Assembly (NCBI RefSeq): GCF_006345805.1
Contig: NC_042997.1
Coordinates: 176,266,001-176,330,000 of the forward strand
DNA from: Octopus sinensis
Lineage: Eukaryota
Direction: 5' to 3'
Length of the DNA stretch: 64,000 bases
Shown here: positions 40,857 to 53,961 of the stretch, piece after piece
How the letters are laid out: every line of letters begins with the position of its first letter
Position numbering within the stretch: the first letter of the stretch is position 1
The notes under the pieces: generated by a model
Told to the model about the DNA's origin: nothing
What the model saw: only the letters and a program-made list of their open reading frames with translations
The model's database searches: none
Translations under genes and position numbers: made by a program

Positions 40857-42589
40857 TGTTATATGTTATACAATGAGCACAAAAAGAAGACAACACAGGA
40901 GGGACAGGTTTTAACAAATGTTGAGGTTAGTTTAAAACTTGAAAAGAAGGGAAAGAGTTTTGATGTTTCACACACTAGACGTTCATTAGAAAACAATAAA
41001 AGAATGGGAAAATGTGGTTGGAAAAAATAGAGGTTATTTGTTCTGCGTGGTTGTAAGGATATAATTAGGTAAAGATCACACAAATAAAATGAGTAAAAGG
41101 AGGAGGCAAAGAAACAATACATACAGTAAGATAAGCAAAACGCATGACCGTAAAAGCATAGAATTATGAAGTGAAATAATGACATTGGAAGAATTTGTAC
41201 AATGAAAATGAATATACCAATGAAAGAAACGGAGGACTCTAATATTTCAGATTGTACTCTTTATCAAAGGAGAGGAAAAGAAATGAGATTCAAGTAAAAT
41301 AGAAATCTAGAAAATTAATGATACCAAATTTACGTCTGCTTACAAAGCAAAACTAGTGTAAAATATAAGTTAGGGAGTGGGATAATATGACCAGAAATGG
41401 AAATTCAATTTGGACCACAGTGAAATTAAGAGAAAGAGAAAGAGAATAAGTAATGAAAGAGGAAAGGGAGAAGAGTGAAAGCAGAAAGAAGTGTGTGCAT
41501 ATGTATAGCGAATTGTTAAATGTGCTATATTTTTATGTAAATATTAAATAGCATCAAATATGTGTCAAGGACCATATAGTTCAGGTGTCTGGGCTTGCAA
41601 TAATAATTCTGGCAATATATATTAACCAGCTTTTAATGTAAATATATACAGTTCAATTTGACAACTCCACTAGAATGGAGGGAAGCACTAATATATGACA
41701 AATGATGTATAAAAACATGTAATATACAAATAAATATCTGTAAATATAAAACCATCTGAATTTCTGAGTACCTCATTTCTTCTAATATAAAATACCTGTA
41801 CATCATCTCCAAACCTTCTAATATATGTATACATATATGTGTGTATGTACATACACATAAATACTGAAGATATTAGTCCCAAATCAACTTTGATTCAGCC
41901 AACCAATGATCAGAAGTATTCTATCTGTAACCATCTTATCTTTTATTCACACTGTGTATCCAAGACAACATTAACAATGTCATTTGTTTTCTAAGATGTT
42001 ATGGAGTAATTTGAGGGAGATTTGACTGCTGATTATAGATCTCATCCATAAGCAATTTATACATCTCATGACAGGATAGCACTGAGTCCATGAACAGTGA
42101 CAAATTTGACAAGTTCTAATATACCTGAAATTTCTACAAGAATAGCATTACCAACCAACATCATCATCTTTGTTTTAGAGTCCGCTTTTCTGTGCTTGCA
42201 TGGGTCTGATGGAATTTGTTGAGGCAGATTTACTATGGCCAGATGCCCTTCCTATCCCCAAAAGTCTCTAGTTTCCAAGCAAGGTGATAATCCCTAACTG
42301 ATTGAACAACAAACAGCCTGAAAACAAACAACACTGTCTGAATGAGCCTTTTGATTACAAAGATCATACAAAATGTCAAGATAGGTGCAGGAGTGACTGT
42401 GTGGTAAGTAGCATGCTTACCAACCACATGGTTCTGGGTTCAGTCCCACTATGTGGCACCTTGGGCAAGTGTTCTTCTATAGCCTCAGGCTAACCAAAGT
42501 CTTGTGAGTGGATTTGGTAGACGGAAACTGAAAGAAGCCCGTCATGTATTTATACATATATATATACTCGCAGTTAAGCTCGGTTTCAA

Positions 42590-42835
42590 CTAGTTGGTTG
42601 GATGATGTGGCTGTAAAACCTGCTCTGTGTAAGCATTCGACTTGTTTGGGCACGCTTACATTGAAAAAACAATTTAAGAATGACTTTTTCTGTCAAAACG
42701 CTAAAAATAACTGACCCCCCAAAAAAAACAACTACGATTCAACCAAATCAAAAAATAAACCCAAATATTAAGCAAACAAAGATGACCCATCCCACTTCCA
42801 TTGTGTACACACATGCACACACACACACACACACA
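42590..42835 (-). mobile_element. 3' fragment of the same Helitron family as 36990-37658, inverted
   Basis: Reverse complement aligns to about 37405-37655 (GATGATGTGGCTGTAAA..CTGCTCTGTG..AAGCATTC). Confidence 0.7.
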
Positions 42836-43492
42836 ACAGGTCTTCTCAAGCAGAATTTAGTGTCCAATGAAAGAAAGGTATGCATAAGTGGGCATAGGCC
42901 ATGGGTTATGGTCTCACTTGGCTTGCCAGGTTTTCTCAAGCACAGCATATTTCCAAATGTCTCAGTCACTAGTCATTGCCTCCGTGAGCCCTAGTGTTCA
43001 AAGGTCATGCTTCACCACCTCATCCCAGGTCTTCCTGGGTCTACCTCTTCCACAGGTTCCCTCAACAGCTAAGGTGTGGCACTTTTTCACACAGCTATCC
43101 TCATCCATTCTCACCACATAACCATATCAGCACAGTTGTCTCTCTTGCTCACCACATTTGATGCTTCTTAGGTTCAACTTTTCTCTCAAGGTACTTACAC
43201 TCTGTCGAGTATGCACACTGACATTGGAGCATACTGGCTTCATTCCATGCAAGCTTACGCATGTCCTCAGCAGTCACAGCCCATGTTTCACTGCCATGTA
43301 GCATGGCTGTTCATACACATGCATCATACAGTCTACCTTTTATTCTGAGTGAGAGGCCCTTTGTCACCAGCAGAGGTAAGAGCTCTCTGAACTTTGCCCA
43401 GGCTATTCTTATTCTGGCAGCTACACTTTCAGTGCACCCACCCCCACTACTGACTTGGTCACCTAGGTAATGGAAGCTATCAGCTACTTCTA
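42836..43492 (-). mobile_element. RTE-clade LINE reverse-transcriptase C-terminal fragment
   Basis: Minus-strand remnants LGDQVS.GGGC.ESVAARIRIAWAKFRELLPLL, MLHGSETWA and VEGTCGRGRPRKTW. Confidence 0.85.
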
Positions 43493-44540
43493 ATTAATAT
43501 ATCAACTAAATAATCAAGAATATATGGAAATTCTGTTAGGACCCAGTTTATAAAACTATTTCTACTCTTGACATAACCATGGTTGCAATATTGATTCCTT
43601 TTAACATATATTTTTGGTTAATGTATGCAAGGATATGTTTATACACTAGTATGGACATGGGATGCAATTGGCACTTAATTCACTAAAACCACAATGTGAG
43701 ACAGGATAGACGTGGGATTCCTCTAATAAATTGATACCTGATTGAGTTAGATGGCGAGATGTATTGTAGAATTATTTTGGTATATGTGGTTGCACGGGGA
43801 AAACATCACAAAATGATAACAAGGATCTTGACGACGAGGAAAATGGGGATGATATGATGACGATAATGATGGTGATATCCATAATTAAATTACATCACTA
43901 TTTTCTAATTAATTTCGTTTTTGCATATGGTCACCAGACTCATAAAATATTATTCAAAAGACAATTCAAATTTTTCTTCTCAACATACATCGATATTTAA
44001 TTTCATAGAAAAAAACAATTAGATATCACAAGTTTATTCTTCATTGCTTATCCCACCTCCACCCATACACATATACACTTTCCATGGGATTGTCCCGTCT
44101 CATGTGCTAGGTCTCTTTATTTTTTTTTTCTTTCTCTTTGCTTGTACTATAAGTTATTTGAAATAGAAAATTTCAGGATCTTTTGTCTTTCTCTTTTATC
44201 GAATTTGATAAACTGTGGAAACTATAACTTCCCGCTCTTTGACCTTTTTTCTGTTTTCCTTTGAGGGAGAAATCTGTTTGCATCATATGCTCGATTTTAT
44301 TTTGTAAGCTCATCATTTGACTGATATTTAATGCGAACAAAGAAATAAATGAATAAATTTGTTTGGGATATGTTTATTTTTTTTATTGAAATATAATTTT
44401 GCTATAAACGATTTATTTATTCACATAATTTTAGTACAGTTGTTTCAGTTCAATATTTCAACTAATTGTTTACTTAGCTTAGTTTTATTATAATTATGAA
44501 TCACTCTCCATACAATAGACGGTCCCTGGGTTCGTCAATA

Positions 44541-44745
44541 ATGGCGGAAGGTGGGGGTGAAGAAGGCGATGAAAATCCATTCTCTTATAAGAACTTTGTA
44601 CATACTAAGGATAAAAACATTTTAACACCACAGAATGACGACGAATTCGAAAGATCTTCCCAAGGCAATGATATTTTGGACGGCACTAATGCATTATTTC
44701 CCGACAATGATTTCACAAGTCCTGTTTGTCAGCCGGCCGAACAAG
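44541..44745 (+). CDS. ENTR1: ENTR1/SDCCAG3 exon 1 (MAEGGGEEGDENPFSYKNF...)
   Basis: ataATGG start context; NPFS[YF] motif as in the ENTR1 N-terminal region; AAG|GTATAT donor, phase 1. Confidence 0.85.
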
Positions 44746-46731
44746 GTATATGTTTGTAATATCAGTTGTTTTAGATTACTCATTACTCAACTCAGCTTTT
44801 TTATTGTCTTTACTTTGTGTTTGCATCCTATATCTTTGTTATATTTACCAAATAGTTCATATATATATGTGTGTGTGTGTATAAATGTATAATATGTGCA
44901 CACGCGCACACAAAGGATGTATATAATTATGCAATCTTTTCATAACTTCGCATATAAAACAATATAGTTGTAAGCTATATCACATCTGCTGCATCACTTT
45001 TAAACATAAGATTCATTTTTATTAATTAAATTGATGACTTCACGAAGATTAATAAGCGAAAAAAACTAAAACGACAGTTTCGCTTCATGAATTTAGAACC
45101 TAAAAAGCAATATTTACCATAATATAATAGTATGTGCAAGACAACAAAGGAATCTTTCACTATACAGTTGCTTGACCAGCAAGAAATAACCATGAAACAT
45201 TCTTGGAATCACACCCTATCGTCTTAAAAATAAAGAAGACTTTAAACAACGTAGTCTTTGATATATAAAAAAAGACGGGAAAGTCATGCCTGGAACGTCT
45301 TCTATCATAGGTCTGCTTGATCATGGCTGACCCAGAATTAAACAACAATAGCTTCTATAAAGTAAATAATTTCCATTAATTAAGCTTTATTAACATTATA
45401 TCTTCCTGTATTTAACGGGTCTTTCGATTCATACAATTTTGATTGTATTGTAAATAATGGGACCTCCTCCCCGTCTCAGACATATTGCTCTGTACCTTGC
45501 CAACGAACTTTGTGATAATACCTCAACTTTTAGTACTGTTTAGTATTCTAACAAATTGGTTTAGTATTTTTATCTCTACGGTTTATAGAATATTTTGCAT
45601 TCTTCTAGGTCAGTATTTTTCAGTGTGTGTATATTATTATTAATACCAAACTTTAAGTACCAAAGGTGGGTTATTCCAGCATCTACGCCCCTTTTCAAAT
45701 ATGAAAACATTGTCTTTTGTTTATTTTTCTAACCCTATTTGAAATTTAAGAATTTATTAGTGGTTCTGTTACACACACCTGTGTGTTAAAAAAGTAAAGG
45801 AATTAAATTTTTGCTAAATTGTGTTAATATCAACGGATATTAACACAAAAATCTTTCTCTCTCTCTCTCTCATTTATATATTCATATATATTCATTCTTT
45901 CTTTAATTAGCAAAAAAGTAACCTACAAAACGCATTTTAAGCTGGACTCCAGTATACGACTGTCTCACTTTTTAGTCTTCTTTTCGTTTGTTATTTCACT
46001 GTCTGGTCGCTGTGAATATATATAAATTTATATATATATATATAAACGTGTATATATATATATATATATATATACGTGTATATATAAAGTCATATATATT
46101 CTTAAATGTGAGTGAGGGACAATGGACATGGCCAAATCAGTAGTAGAATGCCAGACTGGTTGCTTTATAGCTCATTGTTCTTAGGTCAGATCTTATTAGG
46201 ATCGTCTTTCATCTTCCCAAAGCCAAAATAAAAAGTATAATATAAACTAGGTTGAGTCAATCGATTATGTATCCCTCTGTTAAAAAATTGTATATAGTAA
46301 AACATAGAAATCAATATCGATTTCTTTTGAATTGTCACCAGGCCTAGTGTTCTTTAGAAGATTTAGTCATCAAAATTAACAATGTATTTAGGCCTGTTTA
46401 CTTCACTATTTATACCCCTTACAATTTATAAGAGTTATTCGGCGGCACCTCTCCTGAGAAAGGTTTGCTTTTTTAGAAACTTAATCGTATCGTTTTACGT
46501 GTGGTTGAGGAACTTGCTTCCCAACCATGTAATCTTTAGCCCCACTGCACGGTACCTTTTACTATAACTCCAGACTGACCAAAGCCTTGTTATTGCATTT
46601 GGTAGATGGAAACTGAAAGAAACCTGTCAAAAATGTGTATGTGTGTATATATAAATACACACACACACACGCTCGAGTAAGTAGACAAAGGAAAGAAAAG
46701 GGTATTCAACACATTTAGTAGGAGTTACATG

Positions 46732-46879
46732 TATTATTTAAAAACAGTTTGATTCGGTTCCGTGCTACTTCAAGTTTCGCAGGCCCCTAACGGGCGTCAG
46801 AAACCTGAGATAGTTGGGTTCCCGTTAGGGCTTGCAGAACTTGAAGTAGCATAGAACCGAATCAAACTTTTAAATAATA
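46732..46879. repeat. Inverted repeat, about 60-bp arms, 26-nt loop
   Basis: AGTTTGATTCGGTTC..TGCTACTTCAAGTT..CCCTAACGGG / CCCGTTAGGG..AACTTGAAGTAGCA..GAACCGAATCAAACT. Confidence 0.95.
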
Positions 46880-47142
46880 ATAATAATAATAATAATTATC
46901 ATTATATATAAAATCATGTAGCAACACCAAATGGCGGTGCCCCAGCATGGCCACAGCTCGTGAGCTGAAGCTAGATAAAAATAAAATAATATTGTCTATT
47001 GGTATAAAAATATTTTATGGTATTTCTTCAAATGTAATTTTCAAATTTAAGAATTGTGCGTTGCTTAATCTTATCAAAGTTAATTAGTATGTTTTTCTTT
47101 TAGCATTTGCTAACCGATATCTGTTTTAAAAATCAATTTCAG

Positions 47143-47684
47143 ATGGAAAATCAAAACCCAAAAAGAAATCTTCAGACGGAAATCCATTTTCATTCAAAAA
47201 ATTCCTTGCACATTCTGGTTCTAAGAATCGCCGTCATAATGGTCCTGCACATGACCTACCTGATTTTGTACAGGATCACTACTTCGGAGACACATCTCGA
47301 GACCGCAATGTCTTGGATCTGGACCTTCCAAATTGCATTTTGAGTTCTAATTATGTTAGTGGTGCTTCTGATTTGAACAACTCAAAAAACGATTTAAGTA
47401 ATCATGAAGCTCAGGAAAGGCGCAGGACTTTGTTGGGGGAAAACCAAATTAGGAATGAACTGACAAACACTTCTCCAAATATTGAAAATGATTTATCATT
47501 TAAGACTGAGTCAGAAGATTCTCAACCTCAGTTAGCTTCTAGTCTTCCCGATTTTCTTTCTGATGGCGCTTTTGTAAATAATAATGATAACACCCGGTAC
47601 CCTGCCATAACTGTTCAAGTTAATCAGGGCCGTCAGATGGCTGCCCTGCAAATTAATGGTGATACAGAACTAGAATTGAGAAGA
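47143..47684 (+). CDS. ENTR1: ENTR1 exon 2 (DGKSKPKKKSSDGNPFSFKKFL...LPDFVQDH...LPDFLSDG...ELELRR)
   Basis: tttcag| acceptor; 542 nt open; AGA|GTAAGT donor; phase 1 to 0; NPFSF motif. Confidence 0.9.
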
Positions 47685-48099
47685 GTAAGTTTGCTTTCTG
47701 TTCCTTATTTATCAGTGATAAAATTGTTTTTTATTGTTTGTTTCTTTTATTGACAGCTTCTTTAATCTTTTTAGTGCTAAACCTACTTGTGACCACCCAT
47801 ACTAAAATGTTCATATATAAATTAAGATCTCAATCCAAATCTCATTATAACTTGAATGATAATGTAATGTTTCACTTGGAAGCCCTTCCAAAATTTTGAT
47901 TATATTGAAAATTGATTTAGACAGGTAATCTGTTCATTAGAAGTACAGTGATGAGAACATCTATCTTTGTTCTTTAATATTACATATGTATCATCATCAT
48001 CATTAATATATCCACTTTTTCATGCTTGCATGGTTGAACAAGTTTTCTCTGACACAACATCTTGCCATACACTATGTTCCTTTGTCAATTTTGGGATAC

Positions 48100-49270
48100 T
48101 CAACATCCTGAGATCATCACTCCTATCCATGTCTTCCTTGATTTTCTTCTACATTTTCCTTTGGCTTGGATACTCTGGCATATCTTTTACCCATCTGATA
48201 TGATCCATTTATATTGCATATCCATACTAATATAGTCTTCTCTTTTACACATTATATGTAATACCTCTTCAACTCAGTTTATCTCTCAGCTTTTTGTACC
48301 ACATTACTGAAGCATATTAACATTATACATCCAGTAGACCATGTATGCTTCATCTCTCTCCATTCCTAGTACTTCCTTGTTGCTAGAAAAAGTAGTATCT
48401 CCCTGAACTTTTCTCATTCTAGCTGCTATGCTTTCAGTGTACCTTCCTTCACAGTTTATTAGATTGCCTAGATAACAGAAGCTTTCAATTACTTCTGTGG
48501 AACCATCCAAACATTGAAAATGATTCAATTTACTTGTACTCTAACTGCTAGCTACCCCTGTACATCTATCATACAAAGTCTTCATTCAGTGTCAATCTGC
48601 CTGTGCAACTCTTGTGCATCCATGTTTCACATCATGTACACCATGTGGAGTCCCTATTAACTACTTCTAAGTCTTCCCCACACTCTGCTATAAGAACTGG
48701 GTCATTGGCATAGTTCCCATAGACAGCCAGTTTTAAATTCCTCTGTTATAGCTTGAATTATAAATAGAAGGGTGCTGAAAACTGAGTTTGATGAGCGCTT
48801 GCCTGCATACCAAATTCTTCATTGAACTCATTTCCAACTCTCAATTTGCTGACTGTATTTCTGTACATCGATTGTACCACTCTACACTTAGTTTTCTTAA
48901 AGACTACAAGACTGCAAACCATGTGGGCTACTCTGTCAAAGGCCTTCTCTAGATTAATTAATGCTAAAACCTCCTCTTGAAGTTATTTTGCACAAATCTG
49001 AACTGCATCTTATCTAAACTAATTCTCTTCCTAATCAATTGTGTTGATACTCTTTCTGTTATTTTTATAATGAAGTCCATCAATTTGATGCTTCTACAGT
49101 TGCTTCTTTCAAAAGCATCTTTGCTCATGAAGCAGTTGCATATTATACTGCTATAGCAATCATTGGGTACAAAACCTCCCTATATTATCTGGTTGATTAC
49201 GTGAGTGACTAACTTAAGTCCTACTACTTCAGCCACTATACCTGATAGACTTGCTGCTTTCCTCATATTT
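48100..49270 (-). mobile_element. Degraded RTE LINE reverse-transcriptase fragment
   Basis: EVIESFCYLG...ESIAARMRK and LEKAFDRV-like remnants; many stops. Confidence 0.75.
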
Positions 49271-50339
49271 TATTCCGTATGACTGTATTTCTGAAATGAG
49301 ATAACAACTTAAATTTTTCTTAATTCTCTACTTGGAAGCTGTGTTTCTACTTATAGTGCTTTAACATTCTTAATCATTGGATCACTATCTCTAAGACTGT
49401 TTATTAATGTAATTTAGAGACATTTTGGTCAATTCCAATAATGACAGCCATATTCTACTGGAGTCTGTATACCAAGCTTATTGAATATTCCATTGTTGTT
49501 GCATAGCTCCAATGTTTGAAGAATGCGCTGCTGCGTTGTGAGTTCAAATTCCGCCGAGGTCGACTTTGCCTTTCATCCTTTCGGGGTCGATAAATTAAGT
49601 ACCAGATATGCACTGGGGTCGATGTAATCGACTTAATCCGTTTGTCTGTCCTTGTTTGTCCCCTCTGTGTTTAGCCCCTTGTGGACAGTAAAGAAATAGG
49701 TATGTGTGATGTGGTCTGCATACAAAGCTGTATGTATGTTTTATGGAGGTGTAGGAAAATTGTGTAGTTATAGGTTGAAAACAGCAGGTGAGAGGAATTG
49801 CATATTTTTAAAGTGTTACTCTTGTGCACTTCTTAGACCTGACAGCTGGTTTACAAATCATTGTTTTGTATTGTTTCTTAAAAAACAACACAAAAGGTTC
49901 TGAGAATGCCTGTAAATATAGAGCTCCTGAAGATGATTGTTGATTGAATTAAAATGCATTGCAGCAGACACAAATACTCCAAAAATAAGGCTGATAGCAT
50001 GAAAATTTGTTATATTATTTCACATTTGCAAACTAAAACATGAAGGAAAATATTTCCTTCATATTACTGAAGAATAGCTATTTTACATGTAAAGTTACAG
50101 GTTCAGTTACTGGTCAAGGATATCATTCTTCTCTTAGCTTCTTCATCTACCCAATGTTTACAGCTTCAGCAGCTGCAGTTGTTAACCATTAGGCACCTGA
50201 AAATGTTCCTCAGTTGTGCTGTTCCTGTTCTCCCACTTTCTATGTGTTGAATGGCAACCAAAGTGGTTTGAACAGATTCTAATAAAGCATTTCTACAGTA
50301 TACTTGAATTTTCTGGAGCTTGGAAGCATACACTGCCAT

Positions 50340-50800
50340 TGGAGCATGCTTGCTTCATTTCTTTCTATCATTTACAAATCTGCATTCAAAACTCATATTT
50401 TATTATCAAGCAGCACTGCACATTGTACTTGAGAATCATACAATCTGCCCTTTTCTCTGAGAGAGAAACCATCTGTCATTAGAAGAGGTAATACCACCTT
50501 GAACTTTTTCCACTTCCTTCTTATTCTGACTACTATGCTTTCATAGTGCCTACCTACACTAGTAATTAGCTTATCTAGGAAATAAAAACTATCAATTACT
50601 TCTAAGGAGCTTTCTGAGCATTTGAAGGAATTTATTTCACATGTACTCATACTTCTAACTACTCAGCCGTAGATATAATTTCATCATTGGCCTATGTGAA
50701 TATGATTTGCATTGGAAATAGTAAATAAGGTGCATACTTGTGTACCATGTGAAGTAGTAACTAACATTTTGGACAAGGCCCTTTGTATTTGAAGAGATAA
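50340..50800 (-). mobile_element. Degraded RTE LINE fragment
   Basis: LEVIDSFYFL...RIRRKWKKFKVVLPLL..GFSLREKGRLYD. Confidence 0.75.
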
Positions 50801-52050
50801 CATTGGAGCTATGCTGCAAGAATGGAATCTTCAATAAGCTTAGTGTACAAACTTACCTTGCACTTCAGTATACAGCTATTCGGTTTTTATTTCTTCCGTT
50901 AGTTGTTTTCAAGTTGTGTAGGAGCTGTCATAATTTTTGTTACAATGAGAAAGCCTCTCTACAGTCACTTGAAATAAAATCAAAGCTCCTTTAAATCACT
51001 TCTCACTGTCTTAGAAAAGGACATGATGGATACTGAAGTCCCTGCAGATGGAGGTAAAAAATGACAAGTTGGTCATGGCTAGCGTGTTCTTGATAATTGG
51101 TCTGCTTGACTTGGAGCTAAACAATACAGACCAGGTGGGTGATATGTCAGAACATGTGAAGTCAAAAGCATTTGCTCTAATCTCCCATCACTATTTATTA
51201 TCATTATCTTTTATGCAGTTATTCACAAAATATAGCAGCATTTCTCTTCTTTTACTGTTGTCAGTAAATTTACTGTATTTTTCGTACTCCTTTATGTTTT
51301 TGAATCATAAGGACATTTTCTCCAAAGGTGGGATGCTATATTTTTGCAGGCATGTTGCAATGAGAAAATTTAATACAGCATTACAAAACAAAAATAAGAT
51401 ATCACCATGCAGTATCCAAGCTATTTACTTGAGTTTTATGAGCATTATCAGTAACATAGTACATAGGTAGTAACTGGAAAAGAATTGTTGAACTTCTAGA
51501 CAGTAGGATAGCATCATAACATTTTAATAGATAATGATTCTCAATTTTCTTGATTTCTTTATTAATGTTAATTATTCAGGTGTTATCCTAATAAAAAATA
51601 TATACTTAATAAATTCCATCCATATCAAGTTCTCTAGATTTCTTTATACAACAGACATCCTCCATAAACATCTCATGCCTATACCAGCATACTCTGTACT
51701 TTCTTTGGTGAAAGATTTTAATTAAAAACTTATGAAAACAATACATTTGTACTCAGAGCCAGAGCCGGTTTCAGCCAGGTTGGTAACAAAAGTGTTAATT
51801 TATTTTTAAAGTAACATTTAAAAATTCCATCTCTCTTATTTCATGAAAAATTTGAAAAGTACACTGTAAAGTGGTTGGTGTTAGAAAGGGCATCCAGCCC
51901 TAGAAACCATGCCAAAACAGATATGGAGCTCAGGCAGCTCTTCAGCTGGCCAGCTCATGTCAAACCATCCGACCCATGCCAACATGGAAAATGGATGTTA
52001 ACTGATGATGATGTTACTTTTCTCTTAAGTAACAAAATAATTAATTAATA

Positions 52051-52260
52051 CAAACAGATGCAGCACGGATTTTTGTCAGTGAACAGGTCGCAGTCTTAAA
52101 GCGATGAAAATATTTTGACAAATTAAACTTAAATATTGAAGTGAATCGAACGGCTTTTGTGTGTTTCTTAAATGGCTTACAAACGCCTTCCACACTGCAA
52201 TTGTTTTCGTTTCAGCACACGATCTCGGATCAAATCACTTGCTATGCAAGTACATCTCCG
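52051..52260 (+). mobile_element. Penelope-like retroelement (pLTR) fragment carrying a hammerhead-like motif
   Basis: 210-bp insert between 13-bp direct repeats TAATTAATTAATA (52038-52050, 52261-52273); contains a minimal hammerhead fold; a decayed inverted relative lies at about 61540-61775. Confidence 0.6.
52072..52122 (+). ncRNA. Minimal type-I hammerhead ribozyme-like motif, G3:C8 core variant
   Basis: Stem I TTTGTCA/TGACAAA; core GTGAACA; extra G; stem II GTCGC/GCGAT; GAAA; palindromic stem III AATATT; UH = UU. Confidence 0.6.
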
Positions 52261-52323
52261 TAATTAATTAATAGAGAGTGAGATAATACAGTTTTTACTT
52301 AAATATAATTTTCTTTCTTACAG

Positions 52324-52397
52324 CTTCGAGAAGAGAACTGTGAACTGCGCAAAGAACTTTGTAAAGCTCAGCAACAAGCAGCAAAAGAGGCAAATAG
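52324..52397 (+). CDS. ENTR1: ENTR1 exon 3 (LREENCELRKELCKAQQQAAKEANR), start of the coiled coil
   Basis: ttctttcttacag| acceptor; AG|GTAAGC donor; phase 0 to 2. Confidence 0.9.
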
Positions 52398-53595
52398 GTA
52401 AGCGTTTGAAAAGATTTGATTTTGATGTGTCTGTTCTTAATGAATGTCTAAATAAATTTATAATGTTAATAGTTCATAGAAAATTTACTCAGCTATCACA
52501 AGTTCACATAAGTTTTCTGTGACATCTTTTCTAGTAACCATTTGCTAGGTGTTGAAATATTAGTTTTAGTGACACATCAGTCTTATGGAACTGTGTTAAT
52601 AATTAATGCTGGTGGTGAGGTGAAAGTTGGTCATGTTTGTCTGTTAGTGATGTTTTCTACGTAGTAAGGGCAGTGAGTTGGCAGAATTATTAGCATGCCA
52701 GGCAGGATGCTTAGTGGCATTTTGTTCTGAGTTCAAATTCTGCCAAGGTCAACTTTGCCTTTCATCTTTTTGGGGTCTATAAATTAAGTACCAGTTGAGC
52801 ACCGGAATTGATATAATTGACCCTCACTCCAAATTGCTGTTCTTGTGCCAAAATTTGAAAACAATATTTTCTATCAGTTTTAAAATATAAAAAGCTGCCA
52901 TCAAAATGACTTTGTAATGTAAAATCCAATCTAGATTACTGGAAATGTTCCTTAATTAGAGATCAGTATCTTTACTTTGACTGCAGAAATTAAAAAGTTT
53001 TATTACTAGCTCTTAAATTCTTAATTTGAAATGTATTGATCCTTTTATTCTATATTTTTGGATTTGACCATTACTGGTAGAAAATATTAAGTCATATTTT
53101 GTTACAGTAATTATTTATGTAAAAATATTGATCTTATTTTCAATAATATGTAAAAAAAAACTATATTTTGAACTAACATAGTCTATTATATTTTATTGTA
53201 GTATGTAATGTGCTGGAAATCATTATGTAGTTATGAGACCATCACAAACTACATCTTGCTAAACCTCAGATTAGTTCTGAACTGTTCTATGACCAAAGAC
53301 ATTTCAAATTTCACCATCTGGACTGCATTTTCCAATATGTAATTTTTTTAAAATCTTAAAACAATTGGGTGTAATTTGAGGAAGATTTAGCTGCTATTTC
53401 TAACAGTTTGAGTGACAATTTAAAGACTCTTTTGGTGGCTCCTCATTTTCATGTGCTTATTGCAAGGAGTAGTTTCCTCATTACTTTCCCAGGTATTGTG
53501 AACAAAAAAAAATATTTGTCACCTATTTTGCATTACTTACAAGAATGAAGTGTGCTATTTGTGGTTCCTCTGTTTGACTATAAGGATAGTTAATT

Positions 53596-53826
53596 AGGCG
53601 GCGATCTGGCAGAAATGTTAGCCCACCGGGCGAAATGCATAACCGTATTTCATCTGCCGTTACGTTCTGGGTTCAAATTCCGCCAAGGTCAACTTTGCTT
53701 TCATCCTTTCGGGGTCGATAAATTAAGTACCAGTTATGCACTGGGGTCGATGTAATCGACTTAATCCGTTTGTCTGTCCTTGTTTGTCCCCTCTGTGTTT
53801 AGCTCCTCGTGGGTAGTAAAGAAATA
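53596..53826 (+). mobile_element. SINE family C (probably Meta-domain type), full length with a 17-bp TSD
   Basis: AGGCGGCG..CTGGCAGAA head; CTTTCATCCTTTCGGGGTCGATAAATTAAGTACC core; TSD TATAAGGATAGTTAATT at 53579 and 53827. Confidence 0.88.
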
Positions 53827-53961
53827 TATAAGGATAGTTAATTGTCTTTAGTAAGGATACACTATTGCATAGCTGGAGGTTAGGTACAATCTAATTAACT
53901 ACAGTATTTAAATTGTATGCTAGGAAATATTAATCTGAGGTAAATATTTTATCATTTCTAG

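Noticed and set aside
46765-46803. Minus-strand CTGACG...GCGAAAC as a hammerhead in the 46.8-kb hairpin
   Set aside because: The core reads CUGACGC, and no clean stem II or UH site is in register.
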